Shown here in pieces: positions 8,755 through 18,658 of a DNA stretch of 64,000 nucleotides. Source of the stretch: Candidatus Poribacteria bacterium (GTDB lineage: Bacteria; Poribacteria; WGA-4E; GCA-2687025); assembly GCA_963665845.2 (NCBI GenBank), contig OY762492.1:2688001-2752000 (forward strand), in the 5' to 3' direction. Each line of letters begins with the position of its first letter. The first letter of the stretch is position 1. The notes beneath the pieces were generated by a model that was not told the origin of the DNA, did not search any database, and was given only the letters and a program-made list of their open reading frames with translations. The position numbers and the translations under genes are program-made.

Positions 8755-10683
8755 ATGAACCGCAAAAAATGGACGCTCATCGGAACGGCGGCGCTCATCG
8801 CCCTGATCGCAGGAGGAGGTTATTTCTTCTTAAAACCCTCCAAAAGCGAAGAGGAGAAACCGCGCTCTGAAATTGTCCGCTCGGCTCCGTTCATCGTCAA
8901 AATACGTGAAACGGGCAAGCTGGAGCCGCTCATCTCCGTCAATGTGAAATCGAACGTTGAAGGCGAAATCGCGCGCATATACGTCCGCCAAGGCGACAAG
9001 GTACAGCAGGGCGATACGCTCATCAAACTGGACGACGAACGCATACGGGAGGAGCAGGTTCAAGCAAACGCGAACCTGGAAGCGGCGAAGGCGCAGCTTG
9101 ATCAATCGAAGCAGTCGGTTGAGTTGACGCGCATTCGTCAGAACGCGCTGCAAAAGTCGGCGGAAGATGGGGCGAGCATTGCAAAAGCGTCTCTGGACGC
9201 CGCCAAAAAATCGACCATTCAGCAGATACGTTCGGCGGAGCTGGAGCTGGCAAACGCCCGCGCCTATCTTGACCAGGATCTGATCGCGTTGAATCAGGCG
9301 CGCATCACGGAGCGGCAGAGTCAGTTGAGTTTGAGCCGGGCGAAATCGCGCCTCTCTTCCACGCGCGTCAACCTTACGAACGCCGAGTCGGAATTGACCC
9401 GCTCTAAAGAGCTGTATGAAAAAAAGTATATCTCGTTGAGCGCGCTGGAAAACGCGCAAGCCGCCGAAGCCTCCGCCCGAACAACCTACGAGCAGACGGA
9501 GCAGGATGTGTCCGCCGCCGAGGAGTCGGTCAAATCCGCCGCGGAGTCGATTGCGTCCCGCGAGACCGGCATCGCCAGCCGGCGCGAGGCGATACGGGTT
9601 CAAGAAGCGAATCTGGAGACGCTCAAAGAATCGCGCGAGGCGATCGAGTATCAGGCGGAGCTGCAGCTTCAAACGGCGCAAACAGAGCTGAAACGCGTGC
9701 GCGATTCGGCGGAGGCGGAAGTAAAAAACAGCGAATCGGCGCTGGCGATTGCGAACGCGAACTACATCCGCGCCGAAAGCGGACTCAAAAACGCGCAGGA
9801 GCGGCTTGAATGGACGGAGATCGTCGCGCCGCTCACCGGCTCCATCATCGCGCTTGTAGTGGAGGAGGGGGAGATTGTTCAATCGGGCAGATCCGCCTTC
9901 GCGCAAGGTCCCGCCATTATGACCATCGCCGATCTGTCGCAGATGGTCATCAAAACATATATCAACGAGGTGGACATTCCGCGCATACAGGTTGACCAGA
10001 AGATAGAGATCCACCTCGGCGCCTATCCCGAACAGGTGTTTGAGGGGCGCGTCAAGGAGATCTCGCCTCAAGGCATACCGCTGGAGAATGTCACCAAGTT
10101 TGAGGTGGTCATCGAAGCGCTCGGCTCCCCCGAAGAGCTGAAGCCTGGGATGAACGCGGACGTCGACATCGTTGTCGCCGACCGGCAAGATGTGACGCAG
10201 CTGCCGATCGAGACGCTCATCGAAAAAACAAAGATGATTGTTCAGCTGGGGGTCGCCGGCGCCGATATGCAGCGGCTGAGCATAGATCAAAGCGTGGATG
10301 TGGAGTCGCGTTCCGGCAAGCGTTACGGGGGGCGCATCGTCGCGTTCAACGAATCGGGCGAGTATGCGGCGACCGTGTTTATCGATGAGACGGCGCCGGC
10401 GGGTCTCCGCGCCGGGATTCAGACCATGTCGCTGATTCTGAAAGCGGACAGCGGCAAGAAGGAAGACGAAACGAAAATAGAAGACCTGCGCTGCCTCGTC
10501 CAGAGAGACCGAAAACAGCTGGTGCTGCTGCCGGTTGAAACGGAAAACAAGGACGAATCCAGCGACCGAGAGACGGCGATCAAGGTCGGCTTGCGAAACG
10601 ATATGTCGTTTGAAATACTGGAAGGACTCAGCGTCGGAGACTCGGTTCTCGTGCCGGACCTCTCCAGGCTTATTGGAAGGTAG
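8755..10683 (+). CDS. efflux periplasmic adaptor (HlyD/MacA-like) with a very long coiled-coil
   Basis: N-terminal TM, V.S.V.G.I..IYV..GD.V..G lipoyl half, IVAPLTG, INEVDI..I, LKPGM, C-terminal VGL..D...EILEGL. Confidence 0.85.
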   Translation: MNRKKWTLIGTAALIALIAGGGYFFLKPSKSEEEKPRSEIVRSAPFIVKIRETGKLEPLISVNVKSNVEGEIARIYVRQGDKVQQGDTLIKLDDERIREEQVQANANLEAAKAQLDQSKQSVELTRIRQNALQKSAEDGASIAKASLDAAKKSTIQQIRSAELELANARAYLDQDLIALNQARITERQSQLSLSRAKSRLSSTRVNLTNAESELTRSKELYEKKYISLSALENAQAAEASARTTYEQTEQDVSAAEESVKSAAESIASRETGIASRREAIRVQEANLETLKESREAIEYQAELQLQTAQTELKRVRDSAEAEVKNSESALAIANANYIRAESGLKNAQERLEWTEIVAPLTGSIIALVVEEGEIVQSGRSAFAQGPAIMTIADLSQMVIKTYINEVDIPRIQVDQKIEIHLGAYPEQVFEGRVKEISPQGIPLENVTKFEVVIEALGSPEELKPGMNADVDIVVADRQDVTQLPIETLIEKTKMIVQLGVAGADMQRLSIDQSVDVESRSGKRYGGRIVAFNESGEYAATVFIDETAPAGLRAGIQTMSLILKADSGKKEDETKIEDLRCLVQRDRKQLVLLPVETENKDESSDRETAIKVGLRNDMSFEILEGLSVGDSVLVPDLSRLIGR

Positions 10684-10686
10684 ATT

Positions 10687-11472
10687 ATGCTTAGATACCG
10701 CAGACAATCGGCTGAAGACGGCGGATCAACGAACGGCGCTCCGCCTATTATTCAAGTGAACGACCTGCATAAAACCTATGTGATGGGCGATGTGCAGGTG
10801 CATGCGCTTCGCGGCGTCAGCCTCAACATCACCCAGGGCGAGATGGTCGCCATCATGGGTCCGTCCGGCTCCGGCAAGTCCACCTTTATGGACATACTCG
10901 GCTGCCTCTCCAAGCCGACGCAGGGAGAGTATGTTCTGGAAGGCTCCGCCGTTGAGACGCTGAACGACAACCGCCTCGCCGAGATACGCAACCGCAAAAT
11001 CGGCTTTGTGTTTCAATCGTTCAACCTGCTGCCGCGCATGTCGGCGCTCCATAATGTGGAGCTGCCGCTCATCTATGCCGGCGTCGGCAGGCGGTCGCGC
11101 CGGCGGCGCTCCATGGAGGCGCTGAAGTCGGTCAACCTAGAAGACAGGGCGCATCACCGCTCCAACGAACTCTCCGGGGGACAGATACAGCGCGTCGCCA
11201 TCGCCAGGGCGCTGGTGACGAACCCGTCCATCATCTTCGCCGACGAGCCGACCGGCAATCTCGACACCAAAACGAGCGCCGAAATCATGAGCGTCTTCAC
11301 CGACCTGCATGAGCGCGGCAACACGCTTCTTCTGGTGACGCATGAGCCTGAAATCGCGTCGTATTGCCAGCGAATCATACGGCTGCGGGACGGGCTGGTG
11401 GAGGCGGATGAATGGATCAAAGAGAAATGCGATACGCCGGAGTTTGAGGTTGTGGGCGATGAGCGGATGTGA
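10687..11472 (+). CDS. ABC transporter ATP-binding protein (MacB/LolD type)
   Basis: GPSGSGKST, IGFVFQSFNLL, LSGGQIQRVAIARAL, DEPTGNLD. Confidence 0.95.
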   Translation: MLRYRRQSAEDGGSTNGAPPIIQVNDLHKTYVMGDVQVHALRGVSLNITQGEMVAIMGPSGSGKSTFMDILGCLSKPTQGEYVLEGSAVETLNDNRLAEIRNRKIGFVFQSFNLLPRMSALHNVELPLIYAGVGRRSRRRRSMEALKSVNLEDRAHHRSNELSGGQIQRVAIARALVTNPSIIFADEPTGNLDTKTSAEIMSVFTDLHERGNTLLLVTHEPEIASYCQRIIRLRDGLVEADEWIKEKCDTPEFEVVGDERM

Positions 11473-11986
11473 GCTTCGCTTTGGAAAGGCGCGCCCAGGG
11501 GACATCGAGGCGATGCTGCGCATTGAGCTGCAGTCGTTTGGGGCGCCGTGGACGCGCGCCTTGTTTGAAAAGGAGCTGTCCGGCGAATTGCCGCAGTCCA
11601 GAACAACCGCCGCCTGGCTCAACGGCAAGCTTGCCGCATACTGCGTCGCATGGACGGCGGCGGACGAAACGCATATCGTCAACTTCGCCGTCCATCCAAA
11701 CCTGCGCCGTCAAGGGATCGGGAAGGCGCTTGTGCGGCATGTTTTCGCCGACGCGCTCCGCGGCAAAGCGCCCCGCGTCACCTTAGAGGTCCGCGTCAGC
11801 AACCGCCCCGCAATCCGCCTCTATGAAAGCATGGGGTTCCGAATTGCCGCCGTACGCAAAGGCTACTATCGGGACAACGGCGAGGACGCCTACGTCATGT
11901 GGGCGGACGCGCGCCATGAACCAACCTCAACCGAAAGCGTCAACAATGAATGCCAGAGAAGTCCGATGGGAGCGCATGTTCCCTGA
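11459..11986 (+). CDS. rimI: ribosomal protein S18 alanine N-acetyltransferase
   Basis: AVHP..RRQGIG, LEVRVSN..AI.LYE..GF, RKGYY...GEDAYVM. Confidence 0.85.
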   Translation: MSGCELRFGKARPGDIEAMLRIELQSFGAPWTRALFEKELSGELPQSRTTAAWLNGKLAAYCVAWTAADETHIVNFAVHPNLRRQGIGKALVRHVFADALRGKAPRVTLEVRVSNRPAIRLYESMGFRIAAVRKGYYRDNGEDAYVMWADARHEPTSTESVNNECQRSPMGAHVP

Positions 11987-12887
11987 TGAGCTGGAAGCCG
12001 CCTTTCAAAACTGCCCCGTTCTCTATTTCTCCTACGGGCTGTGCGAGCCTCACGGTCCGCAAAACGCTGTCGGGCTGGACGCGCTGAAGGCGCATGCAAT
12101 CGCATGCAAAGCGGCGCGGAAATACGGAGGGATCGCCGCGCCGCCGGACTACTGGCATATCCATGAACTGGGCGGATATGCGCATTGGGCGCATAACTCC
12201 GTCGGACAGGTTGAACGGCACTGGATGACCTCCGTTCCGCCATGGATTCATTTTAAAAACATCTGCTACCAGATACGGACGGCGGACGCGCTCGGCTTCC
12301 GCGCCGCCGTTCTTTTGACAGGGCATTACGGTCCCAACTGGGAAGATTTAAAAACGCTGACGCAGTTGATTCAACCGTACGCCGCTGTCCGCCTTTACTC
12401 GCTGCCCGACTTTGAGGCGAATCAGCCCGGCATGGACGGCGCGTCCGGCGACCATGCAGGCAAAGTCGAAACCTCGCTGCTGTGGGCGTTGGAGCCTGAC
12501 TGCGTCGACATGTCCAGAATGCCCGGCCGAGACGACCCCGGACCCCACTTCGCTATGGGCGGGAACGCCTACGAGGCGGATCGGCGCGTCGGGGAGCGCA
12601 TGGCGGAGGATGAGGCGCGGTTCTTGGGCGAAAAGGCGCGCGAACTGCTGGAAGCGTATGAAGAGGCGCATCAGGGCGGGGAACCTGAAAACAGGCTGCG
12701 CACCTTCGACGATGTGGAGCGGGTCTGGGAAGAGGCAGTCCTGCCGGCGCTGGGCGAATTCAAGACGATGAACGACGGGCATCTCCAGGAGCCGCTGCCG
12801 TCCTCCTCCGTCTGGTCGGCGAATTCGCCCATACCTAAGCGCCGCGGAGAGCGGTTTAGCCGCCCGAAGACCAGCGCGTTCCGTTGA
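11946..12887 (+). CDS. creatininase family amidohydrolase
   Basis: G.CEPHG....GLD, LTGHYG, GDHAGKVETS. Confidence 0.85.
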   Translation: MNAREVRWERMFPDELEAAFQNCPVLYFSYGLCEPHGPQNAVGLDALKAHAIACKAARKYGGIAAPPDYWHIHELGGYAHWAHNSVGQVERHWMTSVPPWIHFKNICYQIRTADALGFRAAVLLTGHYGPNWEDLKTLTQLIQPYAAVRLYSLPDFEANQPGMDGASGDHAGKVETSLLWALEPDCVDMSRMPGRDDPGPHFAMGGNAYEADRRVGERMAEDEARFLGEKARELLEAYEEAHQGGEPENRLRTFDDVERVWEEAVLPALGEFKTMNDGHLQEPLPSSSVWSANSPIPKRRGERFSRPKTSAFR

Positions 12888-13479
12888 CGACCAGCTTCGC
12901 AAACATCGGATGCTCGCAGGCGGACGGGTCATGCCCAAGCGCAATGTAGCAGACGCGCCCCTCTCCATGCGGCTTCGTCCAGACGACAGGGTGCGCCTCG
13001 CCTTTATGCAGCGCGGTTGCCAGCGTCAGAACCCGCGAGTCGTAGTTCAGAATGTACTGCTCGTCGGTCACAAAAAATTCGGAGTCCACGCCGTCTGTGA
13101 CGGGATGCTCCACGTCGGTCAGGCTCACCTGGTACTGGCGGTAACGCGGGTGCGTCACAAAGTATCCGCCGACGATGTTGCGGTAGTCGGGGTCGCCGCG
13201 GAACGAATCGGCGGCGCTGTGAATGCCGACATACCCTTTTCCGGAGGCGAGCCAGTTGGAGAGTCCTTCCCGCTGCGACGCGGTGATTTCGCCGACCGTG
13301 TAATGAAACACGAGCGCGTCGTACGGTTTCAGGTTGTCTCCTTCGAGAGCCGACAGATCCTCCTGCGCGGTGTCGATGTCGAAGCCGCCGTCCGCTTCCA
13401 GCGCGGCGACCAGATGCGGCTGAATGCCTTTCCAGTCATGAATGCCGCCGCCGCCGAACACTAGCGTTTTGATGCTCAT
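12856..13479 (-). CDS. ThuA-like (trehalose utilization) domain protein
   Basis: HDW, GKGYVGIHSA.D, GG.F..HP, DEQY, PVVW....G.GRV.Y.ALGH. Confidence 0.85.
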   Translation of the reverse strand: MSIKTLVFGGGGIHDWKGIQPHLVAALEADGGFDIDTAQEDLSALEGDNLKPYDALVFHYTVGEITASQREGLSNWLASGKGYVGIHSAADSFRGDPDYRNIVGGYFVTHPRYRQYQVSLTDVEHPVTDGVDSEFFVTDEQYILNYDSRVLTLATALHKGEAHPVVWTKPHGEGRVCYIALGHDPSACEHPMFAKLVVNGTRWSSGG

Positions 13480-13571
13480 CCGTATCGCTCCATTTTCTGT
13501 TCATGAAAAATGTTGATGGACGCGCTATGTATACCGCTTTCTGCGCTGCGCGTCAACGCCCTCATTTAACC

Positions 13572-13803
13572 GGCAGTCTCTACAGGCGATGACGACGAAA
13601 ATCCCGTTTGAGTTGTGCTAATCGTGATTCCGCGCACGGAACTAAAACCCCCCCAGCCCCCCTTTTCAAGGGGGGAGTCCAGAAACCGCGCCCCAACCGC
13701 TGTGATTGGGCTATTCGTTCCCCGCTTCCGCGAGGACATGCATTCCCGCGCAAGCGGGAATCCAGAGTTTTCCCAGACAGCCTCCGCATTCCAAAACGCC
13801 GCA
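13572..13803. repeat. composite intergenic repeat; partial copy of the family-2 MITE
   Basis: starts GGCAGTCTCTACAGGCGATGA like the 30604-30758 element; contains the CCCCCCAGCCCCCCTTTTCAAGGGGGGA and CATTCCCGCGCAAGCGGGAATCCAGAG modules. Confidence 0.75.
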
Positions 13804-13824
13804 TGAGCGCGCTGCCGGACGAGC

Positions 13825-15828
13825 CTAATGATCGGAGACATCCCAAAGAAGGACGGTACCGTCGGCGCTTGCCGTCCCGATCGTCTTTCCATCCGGGGAA
13901 AACTCCGCCCAGTTGACCGCTCCCGTATGCCCTTCAAGCGTTTTGAGAAGGGCGCCCGTCTCGGCGTTCCATATCCGCGCCGTTCGGTCGCCGCTGCCGC
14001 TGACAATCATCGTTCCGTCCGGCGAATACGCCGCCCAGTTCACGCTGTTCTCCGAATGCCCTTTCAGTTGTCTCAGAACGGCGCCGGCGCGCGCGTCCCA
14101 AACCGTAAGGCTGCCGTCCATACCGCCGCTCACGAAGGCGCGTCCATCCGGCGAATAGACGGCTGAATTGGCGCCTTGCTTATGCCCCTTGATCGTTTTG
14201 AGAAGGTCTCCCGTACGGGCGTTCCAGATCCGTATCGAGCCGTCATTGCTTGCGCTGACGATCGTTTTGCCGTCCGGCGAATAAGCGGCTGAATAGATCG
14301 GATAAACCGTATTCGTTCTAACATCTCTTCTTAGATCTCCTTCAAGCGTTTCGAGAGACTTGCCCGTCTCGGCGTCCCAAATGCGGACATAGCCGTTTTT
14401 GCCACCGCTAAGGAGACGCTGCCCGTCTGGAGAAAACGACAGCGTAACGATCTCATTTGCATCCCCTTCGCTAGCGGGACGCAATCCGTCTGGAGAAGAC
14501 AACCACGTAACAACCCCAACTCCATCCGTTTTGATCTCTTTAAGAAGCGCGCCTGTCTTAGCGTCCAGAATAGTGATCGCCCCGACGCCCCTAACGCAGG
14601 CGATTCGCTTGCCGTCCGGCGAATAGGTCAGCATGCGCAGATACGCCTTCTGCTCCCGCAGCATGTTGACAAGCGCGCCGGTTTCAACGTCCCATAAATA
14701 CAGGCTGCGGTCGTCGGAATAGCTGACAACGATATGCTTCCCGTCCGGCGAAAACGAGGGACGCATGCCGACGCCTATATATCTCCTCTCAATCGTACGG
14801 ACAACGGCGCCAAGCGCAACGTTCCAAATTCGAATCGGGCCGTATCCTTCTGTTCCCGCGATGAAATGCCCGTCCGGCGAAAAGGCGGCCAAAGAGGCGT
14901 TGAAAGAGTAGTCCAACGGGTAAAGAGGCGCGCCGCCGGGAAATCTCCACAAAAGCAGCCTCCTAGAAGGACCGCCGCCGGCAAGGATTCTACCGTCCGG
15001 AGAATAGGCGACAGAGTCGACATGACGGGCGTCAAGCGTGTTGAGCGTCTTGCCCGTCTCGGCGTCCCAGACGCGAATCGTCTTGCGGTCGGCGCCTGCA
15101 ATATAACGCCCGTCTGGAGAACACGCCGCCGATACGACCGAGTCGGCATGCCCTTTCAGCGTTCGAATCAGCGTTAAGGTTCTGGCGTCCCATATGCGAA
15201 TCCTTTTGCCGCTGCCGCTGACGATGCGCTGTCCGTCCGGCGAAAAGGCGGCGGAATGAACCGTACCTGTGTGTCCTTCAAGCGTTTTGAGAAGCGCCGC
15301 CGTTTTGACATCCCAGACGCGAACCGTTTTGTCGCCGCCGCCGCTGACGATATAACGTCCGTTCGGCGAAAAGGCGGCTGAATAGACTCCGCCTGTATGT
15401 CCTTCAAGCGTTTTGAGCGTCTCGCCCGTCTCGGCGTCCCAGATGCGAATCGTCGAATCGCCGCTGCCGCTGACGATATAAAGACCGTGCGGCGACCAGG
15501 CGGCGGAACGGACCGACTCGGTATGCCCTTGAAACAGCGCGATCTCGTCTCCGAAACGCGCGTCGTATATCCACACGCCGGGGCTGCCTGCGGCGGCAAT
15601 CCTGCGGCTGTTCGGCGAATAGGCGAGCGAATGGAGGCGCCCTTTGCCAATGCGCAGCTTGGCGCCGTCGGGAAGCGCGCGCCGACAGATCAGATCCGTC
15701 TCGGCAAGAGATCGAGTCAACCCATCGGCGGCAAACGCCTCAAAGACGCCGCATATCAAAAAGCATACGATGAAGAGAGGCGGGCGTCTCCAATGAAGAC
15801 GGCGATCCGCGCCAAAGCGAATGTTCAT
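13825..15828 (-). CDS. exported WD40-repeat protein
   Basis: many GH...V.SAAFSPDG..IVSGS.D.TIRIWD repeats; N-terminal hydrophobic segment; LPDGAKLRIGKG. Confidence 0.95.
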   Translation of the reverse strand: MNIRFGADRRLHWRRPPLFIVCFLICGVFEAFAADGLTRSLAETDLICRRALPDGAKLRIGKGRLHSLAYSPNSRRIAAAGSPGVWIYDARFGDEIALFQGHTESVRSAAWSPHGLYIVSGSGDSTIRIWDAETGETLKTLEGHTGGVYSAAFSPNGRYIVSGGGDKTVRVWDVKTAALLKTLEGHTGTVHSAAFSPDGQRIVSGSGKRIRIWDARTLTLIRTLKGHADSVVSAACSPDGRYIAGADRKTIRVWDAETGKTLNTLDARHVDSVAYSPDGRILAGGGPSRRLLLWRFPGGAPLYPLDYSFNASLAAFSPDGHFIAGTEGYGPIRIWNVALGAVVRTIERRYIGVGMRPSFSPDGKHIVVSYSDDRSLYLWDVETGALVNMLREQKAYLRMLTYSPDGKRIACVRGVGAITILDAKTGALLKEIKTDGVGVVTWLSSPDGLRPASEGDANEIVTLSFSPDGQRLLSGGKNGYVRIWDAETGKSLETLEGDLRRDVRTNTVYPIYSAAYSPDGKTIVSASNDGSIRIWNARTGDLLKTIKGHKQGANSAVYSPDGRAFVSGGMDGSLTVWDARAGAVLRQLKGHSENSVNWAAYSPDGTMIVSGSGDRTARIWNAETGALLKTLEGHTGAVNWAEFSPDGKTIGTASADGTVLLWDVSDH

Positions 15829-17720
15829 CGACCGCCCTCCTGATCCTGCCCTTGCGGCAGAGCGCGGGAATCTTCGTCAGACAGATCCCATATGAGAATG
15901 GTTCCATCCTCGCTGGCGCTGGCGAGCGTCTTGCCTTCCGGCGAATACCCGACCCATTTGACATTGCCGGTATGCCCTTCCAGCGTTTTAAGACGCTCGC
16001 CCGTCTCGGCGTCCCAGATGCGTATCCTCTCGCGGCTGCTTCCGCTGGCGATCGTTTTTCCATCGGGCGAATACGCCGCCGAAAAGACCCATATATCCTC
16101 TTTCAGCGTTTTGAGAAGCGCGCCTGTCGCGGCGTCCCAGATGCGCAAGGTTCCATCATCGCCCGCGCTGACAATCGGTTTGCCGTCCGGCGAATACGCC
16201 GCCGAATTGACTGGCTCGGTATGCCCCTCCAGCGTTTTGAGAAGCGCGCCTGTCTCGGCATTCCAGACGCGCAAGGTTCCGTCTTCGCCTGCGGTGACGA
16301 CCGCATTTCCGTCTGGAGAAAACGCGGCGCCGTTGACCCGCTCCGTATGCCCCGCAACGATGAGCTGGGCGCCCGTTGCGGCGTCCCATACCCGAACGGT
16401 CTTGTCTTGGCTTGCAGACACAATCCGATCGCCGTTTGGAGAGTATGAACCGAAAAGGATGTGTTCAGCATGCCCTTTGAGCGTGAGGAGACGCGCGTCC
16501 GTCTCAACATTCCGTATGACGATCTCATCATTGTCCGAATAGGCGATCGTCTTTCCGTCGGGAGAATACGCCGCCCATGTTGAATAGTCGGGCTTTCCGA
16601 GCGTTTTGAGATGCGCCCCATTTTCATAGTCCCATAGATCGATGCCGCCGATCGGAGCGGCGATCGTTTGACCGTCCGGCGAGAATGCAGGAATGCGATA
16701 GCCGCCGCCAATATGACCGTCAAATGTATAGACAGGGGCGCGAATCTGGATGTTGATAATGCGAACGCCATCGCCGGCATCGCCCGCAACATTGTGTCCG
16801 TCCGGCGAAAACGAAACGGCAGAGCTGTGGCTATTTTTCACGAACGGCAAAAGAGGCGACTCGTAGTCGGCGCTCCATACGTTGCCTAAACCGCCGGCGA
16901 GGAACCTCCCGTCCGTGGAATATGCAAACGATCTGAAATTTCTGAAATTGCCGAGCGAATCTAGAGGATGAAGCAGCGCGCCCGTCTTGACATCCCAGAT
17001 TCCGATATATTGAGCATTAAAAGTTGTGCAGGCGATTCGTTGTCCGTCAGGCGAAAATGCGATAGACATGACGCCCGCCTTATTTTCCTCATCGTCTATC
17101 GAGTTGAGAAGCGCGCCTGTCTCCACATCCCATATCGTTATGGTCGGATCGCCGCCTCCTCCGCCGGCAACCTTCTTTCCGTCGGGAGAATAGGTTGCCG
17201 TAAAGACAGTACCTGTATGCCCCGTTAGCGTTTTCAGCAGGCGGTTCGACTCGGCGTCCCATATCTTGACCGATTCGCCATGCGCGGCAAGGAGGCTCTT
17301 TCCGTCCTGCGAAAATTCAGCAGAGAAGGTCCATCCGCCCTTTCGACCAAGCGTGTTCAAAAGCGCGCCCGTTTCGGCGTTCCATATCCGAACCGATCCG
17401 TCCCAGCTTGAGCTGACAATCTTCTTGCCGTCCGGCGAATAGTCCGCCGAATTGACCGCCGCTTTATGCCCCCGCAGCAGCGCCATCTCCTTGCCGTAGC
17501 GCGCGTCGTAGATCCATATGCCGATCGTACTGCCGACCGCGATCCGCTCCCCGTCCGGCGAATAGTCGACCGAATAGACATGGCCCCTGCCGATGCGCAT
17601 CTTGACGCCGTCGGGCAGCGACAGCGGCGAAATGTACGACAACATCTCCGGCTCCGCCGCCGAGGCGCCGACGAAGCTGATCAAGAAGAGCGCGCCGATA
17701 GAAGAGAGGCGTTTGTTCAT
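15825..17720 (-). CDS. exported WD40-repeat protein
   Basis: signal peptide, LPDGVKMRIGRG, many WD40 repeats. Confidence 0.95.
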   Translation of the reverse strand: MNKRLSSIGALFLISFVGASAAEPEMLSYISPLSLPDGVKMRIGRGHVYSVDYSPDGERIAVGSTIGIWIYDARYGKEMALLRGHKAAVNSADYSPDGKKIVSSSWDGSVRIWNAETGALLNTLGRKGGWTFSAEFSQDGKSLLAAHGESVKIWDAESNRLLKTLTGHTGTVFTATYSPDGKKVAGGGGGDPTITIWDVETGALLNSIDDEENKAGVMSIAFSPDGQRIACTTFNAQYIGIWDVKTGALLHPLDSLGNFRNFRSFAYSTDGRFLAGGLGNVWSADYESPLLPFVKNSHSSAVSFSPDGHNVAGDAGDGVRIINIQIRAPVYTFDGHIGGGYRIPAFSPDGQTIAAPIGGIDLWDYENGAHLKTLGKPDYSTWAAYSPDGKTIAYSDNDEIVIRNVETDARLLTLKGHAEHILFGSYSPNGDRIVSASQDKTVRVWDAATGAQLIVAGHTERVNGAAFSPDGNAVVTAGEDGTLRVWNAETGALLKTLEGHTEPVNSAAYSPDGKPIVSAGDDGTLRIWDAATGALLKTLKEDIWVFSAAYSPDGKTIASGSSRERIRIWDAETGERLKTLEGHTGNVKWVGYSPEGKTLASASEDGTILIWDLSDEDSRALPQGQDQEGGR

Positions 17721-17848
17721 AGGCGTTTTCCTTGCGCCTGTTGCTGCGGTCTGCTAAATGAGCATAAGGGACGCTGGGCGGCGCGTCAAGGCGCTTGCGC
17801 TGCCGCCGAGTCTGTGCGACGCTTAACGCCAGGAGCGGAGAGCATCGT

Positions 17849-18658
17849 ATGGAAAACGGCAAGACGGCGCTGATCACCGGCGCGTCTAGCGGCATCGGCA
17901 TGGAGCTGGCGCGCCTGTTCGCCCAAGACGGATACCGCCTCGTTCTCACGGCGCGCAGCGAAGACAAACTGAACGCGCTGGCGGACGAGCTCGCGGAGGC
18001 GCATGGGGCGCCGTCGCTCGTCCTTCCGAAAGATTTGGCGCAGCCGAACGCGCCGGCGGAGCTTCACAACGCGCTCAAAGAGAACGCGGTTCACGCGGAC
18101 GCTCTCGTCAACAACGCGGGCATCGGCAGCTACGGCTTTTTTCATGAAACAGACCCGGAGCGGATCGCCGGCATGCTTCAGCTGAACATCATGTCGCTCA
18201 CGGCGCTGACCCGCCTGCTGCTTCCGGAGATGGCGGCGCGCGGCGGGGGGCGCATTATGAATGTGGCTTCCACGGCGGCGTTTCAGCCTGGACCGCTCAT
18301 GGCGTCCTATTTTGCGTCGAAGGCGTATGTGCTGTCGTTCTCGCAGGCGGTCGCCAACGAGGCGGCCGGCAGCGGCGTCTCGATCACATGCCTATGCCCC
18401 GGTCCCGCGGCGACCGGTTTTATCGAAAGCGCCCAGATCGGATCGCCGCGCATTTTTAAAACGAACATACTGGACAGCTCCCGCGTCGCCAGAGAAGGTT
18501 ACCGCGCCATGATGAAAGGCAAGCGGGTCGCGGTCGTCGGCAGGATCAACAAGATTCTCGCCCTCGCCGTTCGTCTGGCGCCGAGAAGTTGGACGACGCG
18601 CGCGCTGCGTTATCTGTTGACCGATCCTGACAGTCCGCCGGCAAAGGAGAAGTCATGA
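17849..18658 (+). CDS. short-chain dehydrogenase/reductase
   Basis: TGASSGIG, NNAG, YFASK. Confidence 0.95.
   Translation: MENGKTALITGASSGIGMELARLFAQDGYRLVLTARSEDKLNALADELAEAHGAPSLVLPKDLAQPNAPAELHNALKENAVHADALVNNAGIGSYGFFHETDPERIAGMLQLNIMSLTALTRLLLPEMAARGGGRIMNVASTAAFQPGPLMASYFASKAYVLSFSQAVANEAAGSGVSITCLCPGPAATGFIESAQIGSPRIFKTNILDSSRVAREGYRAMMKGKRVAVVGRINKILALAVRLAPRSWTTRALRYLLTDPDSPPAKEKS

Noticed and set aside
8830-10707. Long antisense ORFs (also 19212-21059, 30738-32513, 41575-43467, 43984-46041, 23883-25160)
   Set aside because: Shadow frames of well-supported genes in GC-rich DNA; no recognisable motifs.
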